Origin: an uncultured Nitrososphaerota archaeon
GTDB taxonomy: Archaea; Korarchaeota; Korarchaeia; Korarchaeales; Korarchaeaceae
DNA length: 32,000 nt
Direction: 5' to 3'
Assembly (NCBI GenBank): GCA_964480775.1
Contig: CAYZRF010000010.1
Span: forward strand, 1-32,000
Shown: positions 13,300 to 22,856 of the stretch, in pieces
Layout of the letters: every line of letters starts with the position of its first letter
Numbering within the stretch: position 1 is the stretch's first letter
The notes under the pieces: model-generated
The model's input: the letters and a program-made list of their open reading frames with translations, nothing else
What the model was told of the DNA's origin: nothing
Database searches by the model: none
Position numbers and translations under genes: made by a program

Positions 13300-15144
13300 T
13301 TATTTCTTTCTCATCAGGTAAAGTTGTAAGACGATTGCGAACAAAGCTCCAAGGATCAAAGGTATCAGAACCAAGACTACCTTAGAAGGCTGTTGTTGAG
13401 GTTGAGGAGTTGGCGTGGGAGTTCCAGCAAGTGATGGAATTTCAAGCTCCCAGAAGAAATCGGCTTCGTTTCCAGCAGCATCTACCACCGTTGCCTTTAT
13501 GTAAAGCGGTGAACTGGTGGCGTCTAGCCGGTAGAATGGGTGGTCTTCCCTTATTATCGGCTTAAGCTTATTCCAAGTGCTGTTGTCTTCGCTGTAGAAG
13601 AACTCAATCCCTAGAGCTCCCAGTCCTTCATCTTTTAGTTCATAGAAGAGCGTCACCGTATTCACGACTATTTCAGGGAAAAGCTCAACCGTCGGTGGTT
13701 TGTCGTCTGGTTTTTGGTATACCTTTACAAGCTTGTCTTCTCCAGGTGCTAGGATCGTCTCAACAAGCATTGCAATCTTCTCGTTATTTCTGTTCATCCA
13801 AAGGATCTGAGCGTTTTCAACACTCGGTTCCTGGCCCTCATCTTTCAAGAGAATTGGTAAATGCAGTCTTAAGATATTCTCTTGCATGAAATCTTCAAGT
13901 CCATACTTCTCCTCGCTTTGACCGTACTCTACCAAGACTCCCGTGCCTTGTGAGGATCCATCGTTGCTCTGAAGGTAGGTCACGTTCAAAAGCCAGTTTG
14001 GAACGCTTTTCTCAGGTGTCTCAACGCCTTCTTTGGAGATTTTTACCAGCCTAAACCCTCCTTTTATGGGCGAGTGAGTAGTTAGAGGGGATATTGTGAG
14101 GACTGGAACCTCTGGAGGTTCTTTCACCTCATCTGTGCCGTCTTGGCCAAAGAAAACTAAGTTAACACTTCTTTCTTGGAATATCGTAGGAAGCCTCGCT
14201 TTGGCATTCGGAGAGACGTCCCAGTAGGCGTATTGGAAGAAAACAACCTTAACAGAGGCTTTATCATGGGCTGCCAAGTCCGCATCTAACCAATCTAAGC
14301 TCTCGTCCTTGACAGTTTGGGTGTCCGTGTTTATCGTCGCGAAGTGGATCCATTCCCAGTCAGTAGAGTACTCCATTGGAGCCAGGTAGCTCTCCCAGTA
14401 GTATAGGTTGTGCTCTACCGTGTCCCAATCTGCATTTCCTAAAGTCAGCATGACTGGCACTTTTAGCTCAACCAGAAGCTTATAGAAGGCCTGGAAGGTC
14501 TCCTCGTCATAGGCATTTCCTATCACGTCCCCAGTGTGTATTATGAGGTCAACTCCTAGAGCTTCAGCGCTCCTAAGAACGTCCTTGAGCGATTCAGAGA
14601 AGGCAATAAATCCAAACTGCCTTTTTATCCCGAAGTGACTCTCCCCTAAGAGGGCAACTCTCAACTCGCTCATATTCGATTTTATGACAACGCAGTTGGG
14701 TTCAGTGCGCTCTACTCCTCCTTCTCTCCAAATAAAGGACAGGTTGTAAAGTCCATCTGGTATATCTGACGGGGCCCTAAGCGATATTTCCCACGCTCCA
14801 ATTTCTTCAATGAAGGTAGTTTCGAGGACATCCAACGGGTAGTACACGTTTTGGGAGAAGAGGGATGATATCTTTGCCTCCCAAGTTACGTCTTTTTGGC
14901 CCTTGAATTCCTCTTCCTTATGCTCCACATATGCTCTGAAGCTTCCGCTGGGAGAAACAAGAACGGGAGCTCCTATCCTCGGATACAGGACTCCGTTAAC
15001 GGTTGCAGTATGGTAAGGCTGGAAAGGAAGCTGGTCATTATCTGCCAAAGCCTCGGGGTTCGTTTGAGAACCAAGGGCTGTGGTACCTGCCAGTATGATA
15101 AAAAGGAGGGCTAACACGAAGTTCTTTTTCTTCCTGAGATCCAT
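13300..15144 (-). CDS. Secreted, C-terminally anchored calcineurin-like metallophosphoesterase.
   Basis: Motifs LLGESHFG, IIHTGDVIGN and LTLGNADWD. Signal peptide from the ATG at 15144 (MDLRKKKNFVLALLFIILAG). TPTPTPQPQQQPS linker followed by a C-terminal TM segment. The ORF-track GTG at 15216 is probably too far upstream. Confidence 0.8.
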   Translation of the reverse strand: MDLRKKKNFVLALLFIILAGTTALGSQTNPEALADNDQLPFQPYHTATVNGVLYPRIGAPVLVSPSGSFRAYVEHKEEEFKGQKDVTWEAKISSLFSQNVYYPLDVLETTFIEEIGAWEISLRAPSDIPDGLYNLSFIWREGGVERTEPNCVVIKSNMSELRVALLGESHFGIKRQFGFIAFSESLKDVLRSAEALGVDLIIHTGDVIGNAYDEETFQAFYKLLVELKVPVMLTLGNADWDTVEHNLYYWESYLAPMEYSTDWEWIHFATINTDTQTVKDESLDWLDADLAAHDKASVKVVFFQYAYWDVSPNAKARLPTIFQERSVNLVFFGQDGTDEVKEPPEVPVLTISPLTTHSPIKGGFRLVKISKEGVETPEKSVPNWLLNVTYLQSNDGSSQGTGVLVEYGQSEEKYGLEDFMQENILRLHLPILLKDEGQEPSVENAQILWMNRNNEKIAMLVETILAPGEDKLVKVYQKPDDKPPTVELFPEIVVNTVTLFYELKDEGLGALGIEFFYSEDNSTWNKLKPIIREDHPFYRLDATSSPLYIKATVVDAAGNEADFFWELEIPSLAGTPTPTPQPQQQPSKVVLVLIPLILGALFAIVLQLYLMRKK

Positions 15145-15271
15145 CAGTTTTCTACCGTTCAGTCTGAACTTCGAAGCTTTATTATCTCTTCCAACAAGAA
15201 ACAAGTCGAGCGTCACAAAGATGGACTGCTAAGGTGTTACTGCTTTCGATATCTCTCATAAAAAGCTTAAA

Positions 15272-16450
15272 TCAACTGCGTCCTAGGGTAGAGCCCCTCT
15301 TGGAATCTTCTCTTAGCATCAGGGCAAACGGTATGGTGCAGACTATGAGTATTATGGAGCTAAACCAAAATAGCGACCTGAATCCAAACTTTCCGACTAT
15401 CAAACCAGCGAAAGAAGGTCCTAAGAAGCCTCCTAAAGCGAAGGCCATGTCATATGCTCCCATAAGCGAGCCCCTTGTGCTCTTGGGAGAAAGGTCTGCC
15501 AACAAAGCCATGGCTGCGGGTGCAAAAGAGCCAGCTCCCAGCCCAATCAGGGCAGAGCCTATCGTCATTGATCTGTTAGATCTTCCGAGCCCTATGAAGA
15601 ATGCTCCAATGCTGACCATTGCAAGGCCAAAGGAAGACATCCTTCCCTTTCCCACAGCTTCGGAGATCCTGCCAAATATAATGTACGATGATACGAGTAT
15701 TGCTGCAAGAATTGCAAAGGCCCAGCCAGCTTGATACTCGGTGAAGCCCAAGCCTCTCAAATAGACCGGGATGAACGAAGCTCCTATAGCCAATATCGCC
15801 GATGCCCCAACCCATACTAGCAAGAGGATGGCTGTTCTCAAGTCCCTGACGGCGCCTATGAATTCCTTCAATATGTTCTTAGCCTCCATCTTTGGAAGAT
15901 CCTCTTCTCTCAGCAAAAAGAGCACCAAAATCATGGAAATAAAAGCCATAATGCTTGAGAGAATGAAAGGGATATCCTTGCCCCACTTTCCAGATATCAT
16001 CCCGGCAAAGGCTGGTCCTAAAATGTAGGACGCCGTGACAGCAGAGTTGTAGAGTCCCATAGCTTGTCCTCTTTCTCCAACTGTAGTTCTATCTACTATC
16101 GCAGCAAGCACTGGCGATATGGTCATGGCTTCGAAGACCCCTAGCGTGGCGTGGGCAACGAACAGCATTTTTCCCGAGTTTGCGAATAAATAGAGGAGGA
16201 AAGAGAAACTTGCTCCAGCAAGTCCAACCACTATTATTGGCTTCCTTTTGAATCTATCGGATAAGAAACCAGCTGGAAAGGCTGCCAACATCTCTGCCAA
16301 GGAGTTCGATGCCACTATGAACCCTAAGGATTGGAACGAAACCCCTAGGTCTGCCAGTTTCCAGGGCAGGATCAGAGCAATCTGTCCGAAGCCTAGTCTT
16401 AGCACAAACGTTGCCAGGTAAAGTGCTAAGAGACTCTTGATCCTCTTCAA
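15272..16450 (-). CDS. Major facilitator superfamily transporter.
   Basis: About 12 TM segments. GFLSDRFKRKP matches the MFS loop 2-3 signature. Confidence 0.85.
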   Translation of the reverse strand: MKRIKSLLALYLATFVLRLGFGQIALILPWKLADLGVSFQSLGFIVASNSLAEMLAAFPAGFLSDRFKRKPIIVVGLAGASFSFLLYLFANSGKMLFVAHATLGVFEAMTISPVLAAIVDRTTVGERGQAMGLYNSAVTASYILGPAFAGMISGKWGKDIPFILSSIMAFISMILVLFLLREEDLPKMEAKNILKEFIGAVRDLRTAILLLVWVGASAILAIGASFIPVYLRGLGFTEYQAGWAFAILAAILVSSYIIFGRISEAVGKGRMSSFGLAMVSIGAFFIGLGRSNRSMTIGSALIGLGAGSFAPAAMALLADLSPKSTRGSLMGAYDMAFALGGFLGPSFAGLIVGKFGFRSLFWFSSIILIVCTIPFALMLREDSKRGSTLGRS

Positions 16451-16669
16451 CCTTCTCGATCTGCTCTGAGTTTTGATAGATAAAAATGTAAACTATAGTG
16501 ACACGATGTTGAATCCTTTGTACAGGTCAGGATACTGGGTTCTCGTCATGAATCCGACGGTTGATCCCTCATCATCCCCATACTGAATTTTCATGTCATA
16601 CCATTAAAATTTCATCATTCAGGAGCATGTTTCATTTAGTGGAATAGCTATTTTATCTCACTTCATAGC

Positions 16670-17665
16670 TCATATGGGAGCAAAGAAGAGAGGCCCTGTA
16701 CCTTCTTCCTCTTCTGCTTCGACATCCAAGTGCCGCCAGTCTGCCCTCATTTCCCCCTTACCTTTTAGCTTGGCGATATAATTGTAGGCCGAAAGGGCTG
16801 CTATTGCTCCCATAGAGGCTGCAATAACGGCTTGCTTATAGGGCACGTCTGTAACGTCGCCTGCTGCAAAAATACCGTCAACAGACGTTCTGCCAGCTTT
16901 ATCCACCTTTACCTCCCCCTTTTCATTCAGCTCAACCACTCCCCTAAGGAACTCCGTTTTCGTTACGTATCCCATCTCAACGAACAAGCCTTCTGCCCTT
17001 ACCTCCTTCTTCTCCCCGTTAACCTCTATCAAAAGGGATTCGAAGCTTTTCTCACCCTTAACCTCCAGAACCTTTGAATTAGGGAATATCTCAACGTTCG
17101 GCCGACTAGCTACGCTTTTGAAAAGGGAAGGATCTCCTCCGGGGGACTTAGATGGAAAGACCCAGTAGAGCTTGCTTGCTGTCTTGCTCAACATGTCGGC
17201 CGACTCAACTCCGTGCTCTCCAATTCCAACCAAAACTACGGTTCTACCCTTGAAAAGTGGTCCGTCGCATATAGTGCAATAAGAGATACTTTTTCCCTTC
17301 AGCCTATCCTCTCCAGGAACGCCAAGATCTCTTGGCGTCTTACCAAAGGCCAGTATCACCGCAAGAGATGAGAACTCCCTGTCGGAAGAGGTCTTCAAGC
17401 TAAACCCTTGCTCCTCTTTTTTAAGAGCAATTACCTCATCGAACAGTATATCTGCACCAAAAGATCTCGCCTGTGCCTCTATTTTTCTTACCAAGTCGAA
17501 ACCAGAGGTTTTTGGAACTCCTGGGTAGTTTTGAATCTCAGATGCCAGGAGAGCTTGTCCTCCTAGGTTCTTACCAATGACGAGCGTATCTAGGTTTTGT
17601 CTGCTGCAATAAAGGGCAGCTGATAAACCAGCTATGCCAGCACCAACCACAATAACGTCTTTCAT
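16670..17665 (-). CDS. trxB: Thioredoxin reductase-like FAD/NAD(P) oxidoreductase.
   Basis: VIVVGAGIAGLSAA (FAD-binding GxGxxG). Redox CxxC in ISYCTICDGPLF. GIFAAGDV. An acidic C-terminal extension is present. Confidence 0.85.
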   Translation of the reverse strand: MKDVIVVGAGIAGLSAALYCSRQNLDTLVIGKNLGGQALLASEIQNYPGVPKTSGFDLVRKIEAQARSFGADILFDEVIALKKEEQGFSLKTSSDREFSSLAVILAFGKTPRDLGVPGEDRLKGKSISYCTICDGPLFKGRTVVLVGIGEHGVESADMLSKTASKLYWVFPSKSPGGDPSLFKSVASRPNVEIFPNSKVLEVKGEKSFESLLIEVNGEKKEVRAEGLFVEMGYVTKTEFLRGVVELNEKGEVKVDKAGRTSVDGIFAAGDVTDVPYKQAVIAASMGAIAALSAYNYIAKLKGKGEMRADWRHLDVEAEEEEGTGPLFFAPI

Positions 17666-17711
17666 CTTTCTAAGGTTTTTTAGTCATTCCATCCAATAAA
17701 ATATTTCATTT

Positions 17712-18563
17712 TCATCCAAACAGGGCTTTTAACTGTTTTTTGGCTTTTATCGCTGCTCCTAAGGCAGTAGCGTACGATGCCATTTCTGGTACGATGGCCT
17801 TGCCTCCGAGCAGGCTTACTGTAGATGTGAGGATATCTGAGAATTCTTTGACGGTGGGAAGGCTACCTATGAAGACTATTTTATCTTCAAGCCCCTCCGC
17901 CTTCGCTGCGAAGTAGGTAACGGTTCCTATCACTTGTCCTACCATATTCAACAGACCAGCCGCAATATCCTCTAGCTCAGTGCCATCTCTTACGTTTCCG
18001 AAGTTTGAGGCGGTTGTGTCAGCAGGAAGTCTGCCGATTGGACCTCCAACGATGTCCATTATCGTGAGATCGACGTTTCTGAAGTTTCCTTTTCTTGCAA
18101 GCTCGAAGAACCCCTCTATTGAACTCCTGTTAAGTAAGAGCTTTGAAAGACCAACGAGAGTGCCTCCTCCTACCCCAGTACCCCCAAGATGCCTGGTTAT
18201 GACGCTATTCCCCTTCTTTCTAACTGAAACTATAGCAGTTCCAGTCCCTATGCTTGATACTACAGCCTCATTGAGACCCGAAAGAGCGAGTCCTCCAAGG
18301 CCTATTGCCTCTATTTCGTCTACCTTTATGGTTTTCAGTCCTAAGAAGGAGGGTCCTATTTTCCTAGATCCACCGCCAGTGCAGGATATCAAGTCTATTG
18401 AGGAGAGTTCAACTCCTAGGTCCTCTGTTATCTTACCTATTGCTCCTGCTGCGGAAACTAGAGGTCCGCTGGCTGTTACCTGCACGGATCCCCTGATCTC
18501 TCCGTTTTCTATGAGAATGGATTTAGTCATGGATCCTCCTATGTCAAGCCCGATGATTATCAT
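17712..18563 (-). CDS. ASKHA-fold kinase of the type II pantothenate kinase (Fumble)-like family.
   Basis: N-terminal IIIGLDIGGSMTK (phosphate-1 motif). GGTGVGGGTLVGLSKLLL resembles the Fumble GGTS-GGGT--GL motif. Confidence 0.65.
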   Translation of the reverse strand: MIIIGLDIGGSMTKSILIENGEIRGSVQVTASGPLVSAAGAIGKITEDLGVELSSIDLISCTGGGSRKIGPSFLGLKTIKVDEIEAIGLGGLALSGLNEAVVSSIGTGTAIVSVRKKGNSVITRHLGGTGVGGGTLVGLSKLLLNRSSIEGFFELARKGNFRNVDLTIMDIVGGPIGRLPADTTASNFGNVRDGTELEDIAAGLLNMVGQVIGTVTYFAAKAEGLEDKIVFIGSLPTVKEFSDILTSTVSLLGGKAIVPEMASYATALGAAIKAKKQLKALFG

Positions 18564-18577
18564 TTCCAGCCACTTCC

Positions 18578-19300
18578 CTATTTCCTAGACAAGTCCCTTC
18601 TTCCCAGGGCTGTCTCAACAGCGGCTATTAAAGGCGGCGTTAGGAAAAGTAGGAATGGTATCTCAGTCGCATAAGTCCAAACGAACCATATGAGAGCAGC
18701 AATTGCTGGAAGACTTCTCTCACCTGTTGGTAGGATGAAAAACTGGCTGAAAGCCCACACCCCAACCCCTATTATTGCGCTTCCTACCATCAACGAAGCT
18801 GATGAAGCTGCGAAGAAGCTTCTTAGATTTGGCCTAAATAGTGAGAGCAAAAGGGAGAGGGCCAAAGAGAAGAGGCAAACAGAGACAAAGACTGCTACTA
18901 TCATCCTATCGAGCCTTTGGGTGTAGTAAAGTGTTAAAGTCGCTAGGACAGGGATCAACTGAAGTAAATTGCTGTAGAACAGGCTCTTTTTGCCCTCCAT
19001 GCGGGAAAGAAGGCCGAGAAGATAGAAAGCTATGAAGTTCGACGGAACTCCAACGGTTATGCTTAGTAAAGCATTGCCATGGATCAACATGTCGGAGATG
19101 AATATACCTATTGCAGCACCGACCCCACCTACGAGAGGTCCGAAGAGAAAGGAAAAAAGCGCTGGAATAGCTACGGATGGCCAGAACCTCACTACTCCTA
19201 TGGCTGGAGCGAATATGCCTAAATAGGTTAGGTAACCGACAAGAGCGTAAAGTGTTGCGTTAACGGCGATGTAAGCCGCATCGTACTTCCTGTTCTTCAT
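18578..19300 (-). CDS. Polytopic membrane protein resembling an ECF-transporter S-component.
   Basis: About 6 TM segments. VRFWPSVAIPALFSFLFGPLVGGVGAAIGIFISD resembles vitamin S-components. It ends 14 nt upstream of the kinase gene. The coding call is solid; the functional call has confidence of only about 0.35. Confidence 0.7.
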   Translation of the reverse strand: MKNRKYDAAYIAVNATLYALVGYLTYLGIFAPAIGVVRFWPSVAIPALFSFLFGPLVGGVGAAIGIFISDMLIHGNALLSITVGVPSNFIAFYLLGLLSRMEGKKSLFYSNLLQLIPVLATLTLYYTQRLDRMIVAVFVSVCLFSLALSLLLSLFRPNLRSFFAASSASLMVGSAIIGVGVWAFSQFFILPTGERSLPAIAALIWFVWTYATEIPFLLFLTPPLIAAVETALGRRDLSRK

Positions 19301-19404
19301 ATAAAGTCCCGCGTCGCATAGAGAAGGTTCCTTTTATAATCTTTATTTATTTATTCATTAAATCTCTATATATTAGTCATAATCTCTATAGAAGTGATGA
19401 GGGC

Positions 19405-20421
19405 ATGATGTCCAGGAAAGTGCAGCAGGTAGGCGGTGGCTCCTTCATAGTTTCCCTGCCTAAAAGCTGGGCCGATAAAGTTGGTCTGGAGAAGGGGAGT
19501 TCTGTAAGCATGGCTGAGGGAATTGCCGACACTTTGATAATATATCCTCCAGCCAAGAAGCGTTTCCCTGAGCAAACATTAGTTTTAGATCTTAACGACC
19601 CGATAAGATCCTTGGGGGAGCTTGTAGGAAGTTATCTCAGAGGATTTGATCTGATAAAGGTGAAGAGCGACGGAAGAATTGACCCCAAGATGAGAAATGA
19701 CCTGAAATCCGTCATCGAGAAACTCCCTGGGCTGGAAATAGTAGAGGAAAGCTCTTCAGAAATATCTCTTCAATGTATATTGAATCCATCTGCAATAAAC
19801 CCGAAAAAACTGCTTGAAAGAATGTTCAAGCTCTCTAATGGAATGGTACATGACTCCATTCAATCAATCTTAAGCGCTGACAAGAAGTTAGCCCAATTAG
19901 TCATCGCAAGAGACGATGAGATGGACAGAACCTACTTCCTATTGGTTAGAAGCGTCAGAAAAGCGATGCAGGAGCCAGAGTTCGCGGTTCAATACGGGTT
20001 ACATCCAATTGATCTGTTGGATTACAGGGTGGCTGGAATGTTAGTTGAGGGCATTGGTGACAAGGCTTATGACATGGCAACTAGTTGGCTGGATATAGGC
20101 GCTCCAAAAATCGGAGAGGAAAAACATTATGTCCTTGAAGCTGCTAGGAGATTGGAAAAGTTGCAAGAAGAGACAATGATATCGTTCTTGGAGCAGAGTC
20201 CAAGGATGACCATAGACGTTAGGCAGGTTGCCTCCGAAATGAGATCTTTCCTTTCTGAATTAGAGAGAAGCTCTTTCTCAAAGCCTCTTGAAGAAGCACG
20301 ATTTCTACAACACCTTGGATCTGTAATGAGAGAGATAGCTCGTTCATGCTTAGACATCTTAGATTTGTTGGTTCCAAGCTACGGAAGCGATCCCAGAGGG
20401 CAGAGTTTGAAGCTAATATGA
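19405..20421 (+). CDS. AbrB/SpoVT-domain plus PhoU-domain regulator (archaeal phosphate uptake regulator-like).
   Basis: N-terminus VQQVGGGSFIVSLPKSWADKVGLEKGS (swapped-hairpin AbrB type). PhoU-like helices with ARDDEMDRTYFLLVR. Confidence 0.85.
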   Translation: MMSRKVQQVGGGSFIVSLPKSWADKVGLEKGSSVSMAEGIADTLIIYPPAKKRFPEQTLVLDLNDPIRSLGELVGSYLRGFDLIKVKSDGRIDPKMRNDLKSVIEKLPGLEIVEESSSEISLQCILNPSAINPKKLLERMFKLSNGMVHDSIQSILSADKKLAQLVIARDDEMDRTYFLLVRSVRKAMQEPEFAVQYGLHPIDLLDYRVAGMLVEGIGDKAYDMATSWLDIGAPKIGEEKHYVLEAARRLEKLQEETMISFLEQSPRMTIDVRQVASEMRSFLSELERSSFSKPLEEARFLQHLGSVMREIARSCLDILDLLVPSYGSDPRGQSLKLI

Positions 20422-20489
20422 GATTCTAGCCCCTATAGTAACATAATTATCCCTTGGTAGGTTAGAAGTCGTCCGAAATGGTCGCTTTC

Positions 20490-20660
20490 TTACTCCTCTT
20501 TCCCTTCTTCTATCTCAATCTCTTCCTCAGCATATACCGGTCCTTTATACCCGCATTCTGGACAAACCCATATCTCAGGAGTGAGCCATCCAGAGAACTT
20601 GCTGAGCTTTCTTAGCTTAGGGCTGCCACACACAGGACATACTTTAATTTTCTTCCTCAA
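20490..20660 (-). CDS. Small zinc-ribbon protein (56 aa, TTG start; below the ORF-track cutoff).
   Basis: Hand translation: (M)RKKIKVCPVCGSPKLRKLSKFSGWLTPEIWVCPECGYKGPVYAEEEIEIEEGKEE*. Two CxxC pairs and an acidic tail. Confidence 0.5.
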   Translation of the reverse strand: MRKKIKVCPVCGSPKLRKLSKFSGWLTPEIWVCPECGYKGPVYAEEEIEIEEGKEE

Positions 20661-20670
20661 TACATACCAC

Positions 20671-21414
20671 TTACCCTTTGAGTAACTCCTCCACCGAAAA
20701 TTGGAAGGTTTCAGGCGGATTAAATTGACACGGGCATCCCTTCCAGACCATTGTTATGACTATGGGCTTATCAGAACTCTGATTTATGGATATAAATGCT
20801 ATCTTATACTTGAACGGAAGTTTTCCCCTCTCCTGCAGTTTTATCCAACTAAGGTTTAGAGCCCTGTTTGTATGGTATTCAGACCAGTTGTGAAGATCCT
20901 TAAAGAATTCTCCCAAATTAAGCGGACGAGATTCAAAGCATTTCACTTCTTCAGAAGCCATCACTTGAATTAGCGTCTTATTTGGGAATAGGTACATCGA
21001 CAATGAAATGTCGTCCTCAATTGTGAGGTTGGCTCCTCTGTGAGTCTTTGACCTCTGCTTAAGGCATAAGGTGAGGTTGATCCTTGTGGAATTGAATTCC
21101 TCTGGAGGGATTGACTTGGCCTCCTTTAGAACCGAGTTTACCGAAGATATGAGTTCATTTAGCATACTTTCGTTCATTATCCCAAGTCTCAGCGTCTTTC
21201 CTTTCTTTGATACCAGCGCATAATAGCCTGAACCAACCTCCGTTATGTTGGCTTTAATTTCAGAATCCCTGTATCTGATGAAGTTTACGGATTCCACCAC
21301 AATGGGCTTGTTTAAGAAGTGCAATACGGCATATATGCTGATGATTGAGAGGAGAATCACAAGCATTATGAGATACACTTTCCTACTTTGCGTGCTCGTT
21401 GGCAATTGTTCCAT
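20671..21414 (-). CDS. N-terminally membrane-anchored hypothetical protein.
   Basis: TM segment VYLIMLVILLSIISIYAVL, then a soluble domain of about 200 aa with several N-x-S/T sequons. Confidence 0.7.
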   Translation of the reverse strand: MEQLPTSTQSRKVYLIMLVILLSIISIYAVLHFLNKPIVVESVNFIRYRDSEIKANITEVGSGYYALVSKKGKTLRLGIMNESMLNELISSVNSVLKEAKSIPPEEFNSTRINLTLCLKQRSKTHRGANLTIEDDISLSMYLFPNKTLIQVMASEEVKCFESRPLNLGEFFKDLHNWSEYHTNRALNLSWIKLQERGKLPFKYKIAFISINQSSDKPIVITMVWKGCPCQFNPPETFQFSVEELLKG

Positions 21415-21480
21415 ACCCTACCGATTAGTCCACCCAAAGTAGATTATATAATGTTATTTGGTGGATTATTAGCGATTTAG

Positions 21481-22014
21481 GTGTTCTCTGTGAAGAACGT
21501 GTTGATAACCGGTAGGCCAGGCGTTGGAAAGTCCACATTAGTCTCGCGATTGATAGATAGGGCCAGGACATTGGGAATGAGGGTTGGTGGGCTATCAACT
21601 CCGGAAATCAGGGTAGGTGGAAGGAGAATTGGGTTCAAGCTTGTGGACATAGCTACTGGAGAGGAAGGGATTTTGGCAAAGATAGGCATCAGAGGGCCTA
21701 TGGTCTCAAAATATGGGGTGAATCTGGAAGATTTAAGAAGTGTGGGGGTCAATGCTATTAAGAGAGCCATTGACGAGGCAGATCTGATCGTCATAGACGA
21801 GATAGGGAAGATGGAGCTTTTCTCCAATGAGTTCAAACGAGCTGTAATTATGGCTTTGGACTCAGAGAAGCCAGTCATAGCCACGGTTGGAAAATTTCTT
21901 AGAGACTCTTTCATAAAGGAAATTTTAGGAAGAAACGACATCAAACTCTTTGAAATTACAACAAGCAACAGGAATGCTGTGTTTCAGGAAATTTCCAGAA
22001 TCCTTTTTGAGTAA
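21481..22014 (+). CDS. Nucleoside-triphosphatase of the THEP1 / NTPase_1 family.
   Basis: ITGRPGVGKSTL (Walker A) and LIVIDEIGKMEL (Walker B). Size about 175 aa. GTG start at 21481 or 21490. Confidence 0.85.
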   Translation: MFSVKNVLITGRPGVGKSTLVSRLIDRARTLGMRVGGLSTPEIRVGGRRIGFKLVDIATGEEGILAKIGIRGPMVSKYGVNLEDLRSVGVNAIKRAIDEADLIVIDEIGKMELFSNEFKRAVIMALDSEKPVIATVGKFLRDSFIKEILGRNDIKLFEITTSNRNAVFQEISRILFE

Positions 22015-22106
22015 GACCTTGGTCTAGGTTTTTGGGTGTAGTCCCCCTTTTTCGAAGGTTAATTTGAGGAGCCACATCTTTATAGGAAGGATGAATTGGT
22101 ACTGAG

Positions 22107-22856
22107 ATGAGGCTGAGAGCCGTGTACATCGATGTTCACTGCCACCTTTACATGCTGCAGGATGTTCAGAAGATCCTCGATGAGGCTGAGCGGTTAGGCG
22201 TCAGGTACGTCATCACAAACTCCGAGAACCTCGAATCTTGCAATAAGAATGTTGAGCTCCTTAAAGATGAAAGGGTTTACGGGGCCTTTGGGCTTCATCC
22301 TCAGTTTTTCAATAGAAAAGCGGATTTACCAAGGATAGAGGAGTTTTTAGGTTTTGAAAAGACAGTTGCGGTTGGAGAGATAGGTCTTGACTACAAGTAC
22401 GCTAGAAATAACCGGGCAAAGGAAATACAGAAGGAAGTGTTCATAAGACAGGTCAAAACCGCCATGAAAAGGGATTTGCCCGTAATAGTACACTCTAGAT
22501 ATGCGCACAAGCCCGTTATTGAGATATTAGAGGATTTAAGTGCTGAAAAGGTTGTTTTACACTGGTTTAGTGGGTCCATGGATTTAGTAGAAAGAGCACT
22601 TAAAAACGGCTGGTTCCTGAGCTTCGGTCCCTTCTGCCTTAATCCACCATACAAAAATGTAATAGCCTTTGTTCCGCTTGAAAGAATGTTGCTGGAAACG
22701 GATTCGCCTGTTCCCTTCCAAGGGAAGTCCGTGGACCCAACTTGGGTTCCGCTTGTAGCAAGGAGGATAGCTGAGGTTAAAGGAATTAACGTAAAGGAGG
22801 TTGAGGTGCGCTCAACAGAAAATTCAAAACGACTTTTTAGGATGAATATTGAATAG
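22107..22856 (+). CDS. tatD: TatD-family metal-dependent hydrolase/DNase.
   Basis: IDVHCHL, GEIGLDY, VIVHSR, HWFSG, LETDSP. Confidence 0.9.
   Translation: MRLRAVYIDVHCHLYMLQDVQKILDEAERLGVRYVITNSENLESCNKNVELLKDERVYGAFGLHPQFFNRKADLPRIEEFLGFEKTVAVGEIGLDYKYARNNRAKEIQKEVFIRQVKTAMKRDLPVIVHSRYAHKPVIEILEDLSAEKVVLHWFSGSMDLVERALKNGWFLSFGPFCLNPPYKNVIAFVPLERMLLETDSPVPFQGKSVDPTWVPLVARRIAEVKGINVKEVEVRSTENSKRLFRMNIE

Noticed and set aside
13695-16028. ORFs 13695-13889, 14896-15114, 15234-15734 and 15771-16028 (+), and 15576-15815 (-, out of frame).
   Set aside because: They are antisense to, or out of frame with, the metallophosphoesterase and MFS genes, which have clear family motifs.
16493-16594. 33-aa minus-strand ORF (MKIQYGDDEGSTVGF...) between the MFS and trxB genes.
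   Set aside because: No motif, no SD site and no structural signature. It is indistinguishable from a chance ORF.
16832-19575. ORFs 16832-17077, 17980-18588 (Pro-rich), 18690-18926, 18841-19035 and 19032-19226 (+), and 19366-19575 (-).
   Set aside because: They are antisense to trxB, the kinase, the membrane protein or the PhoU-like gene. The translations are compositionally biased.
20127-21968. ORFs 20127-20357 (-), 21245-21442 (+) and 21477-21968 (-, 163 aa).
   Set aside because: They are antisense to the PhoU-like gene, the 247-aa gene and the THEP1 NTPase gene. THEP1 has unambiguous Walker motifs on the plus strand.
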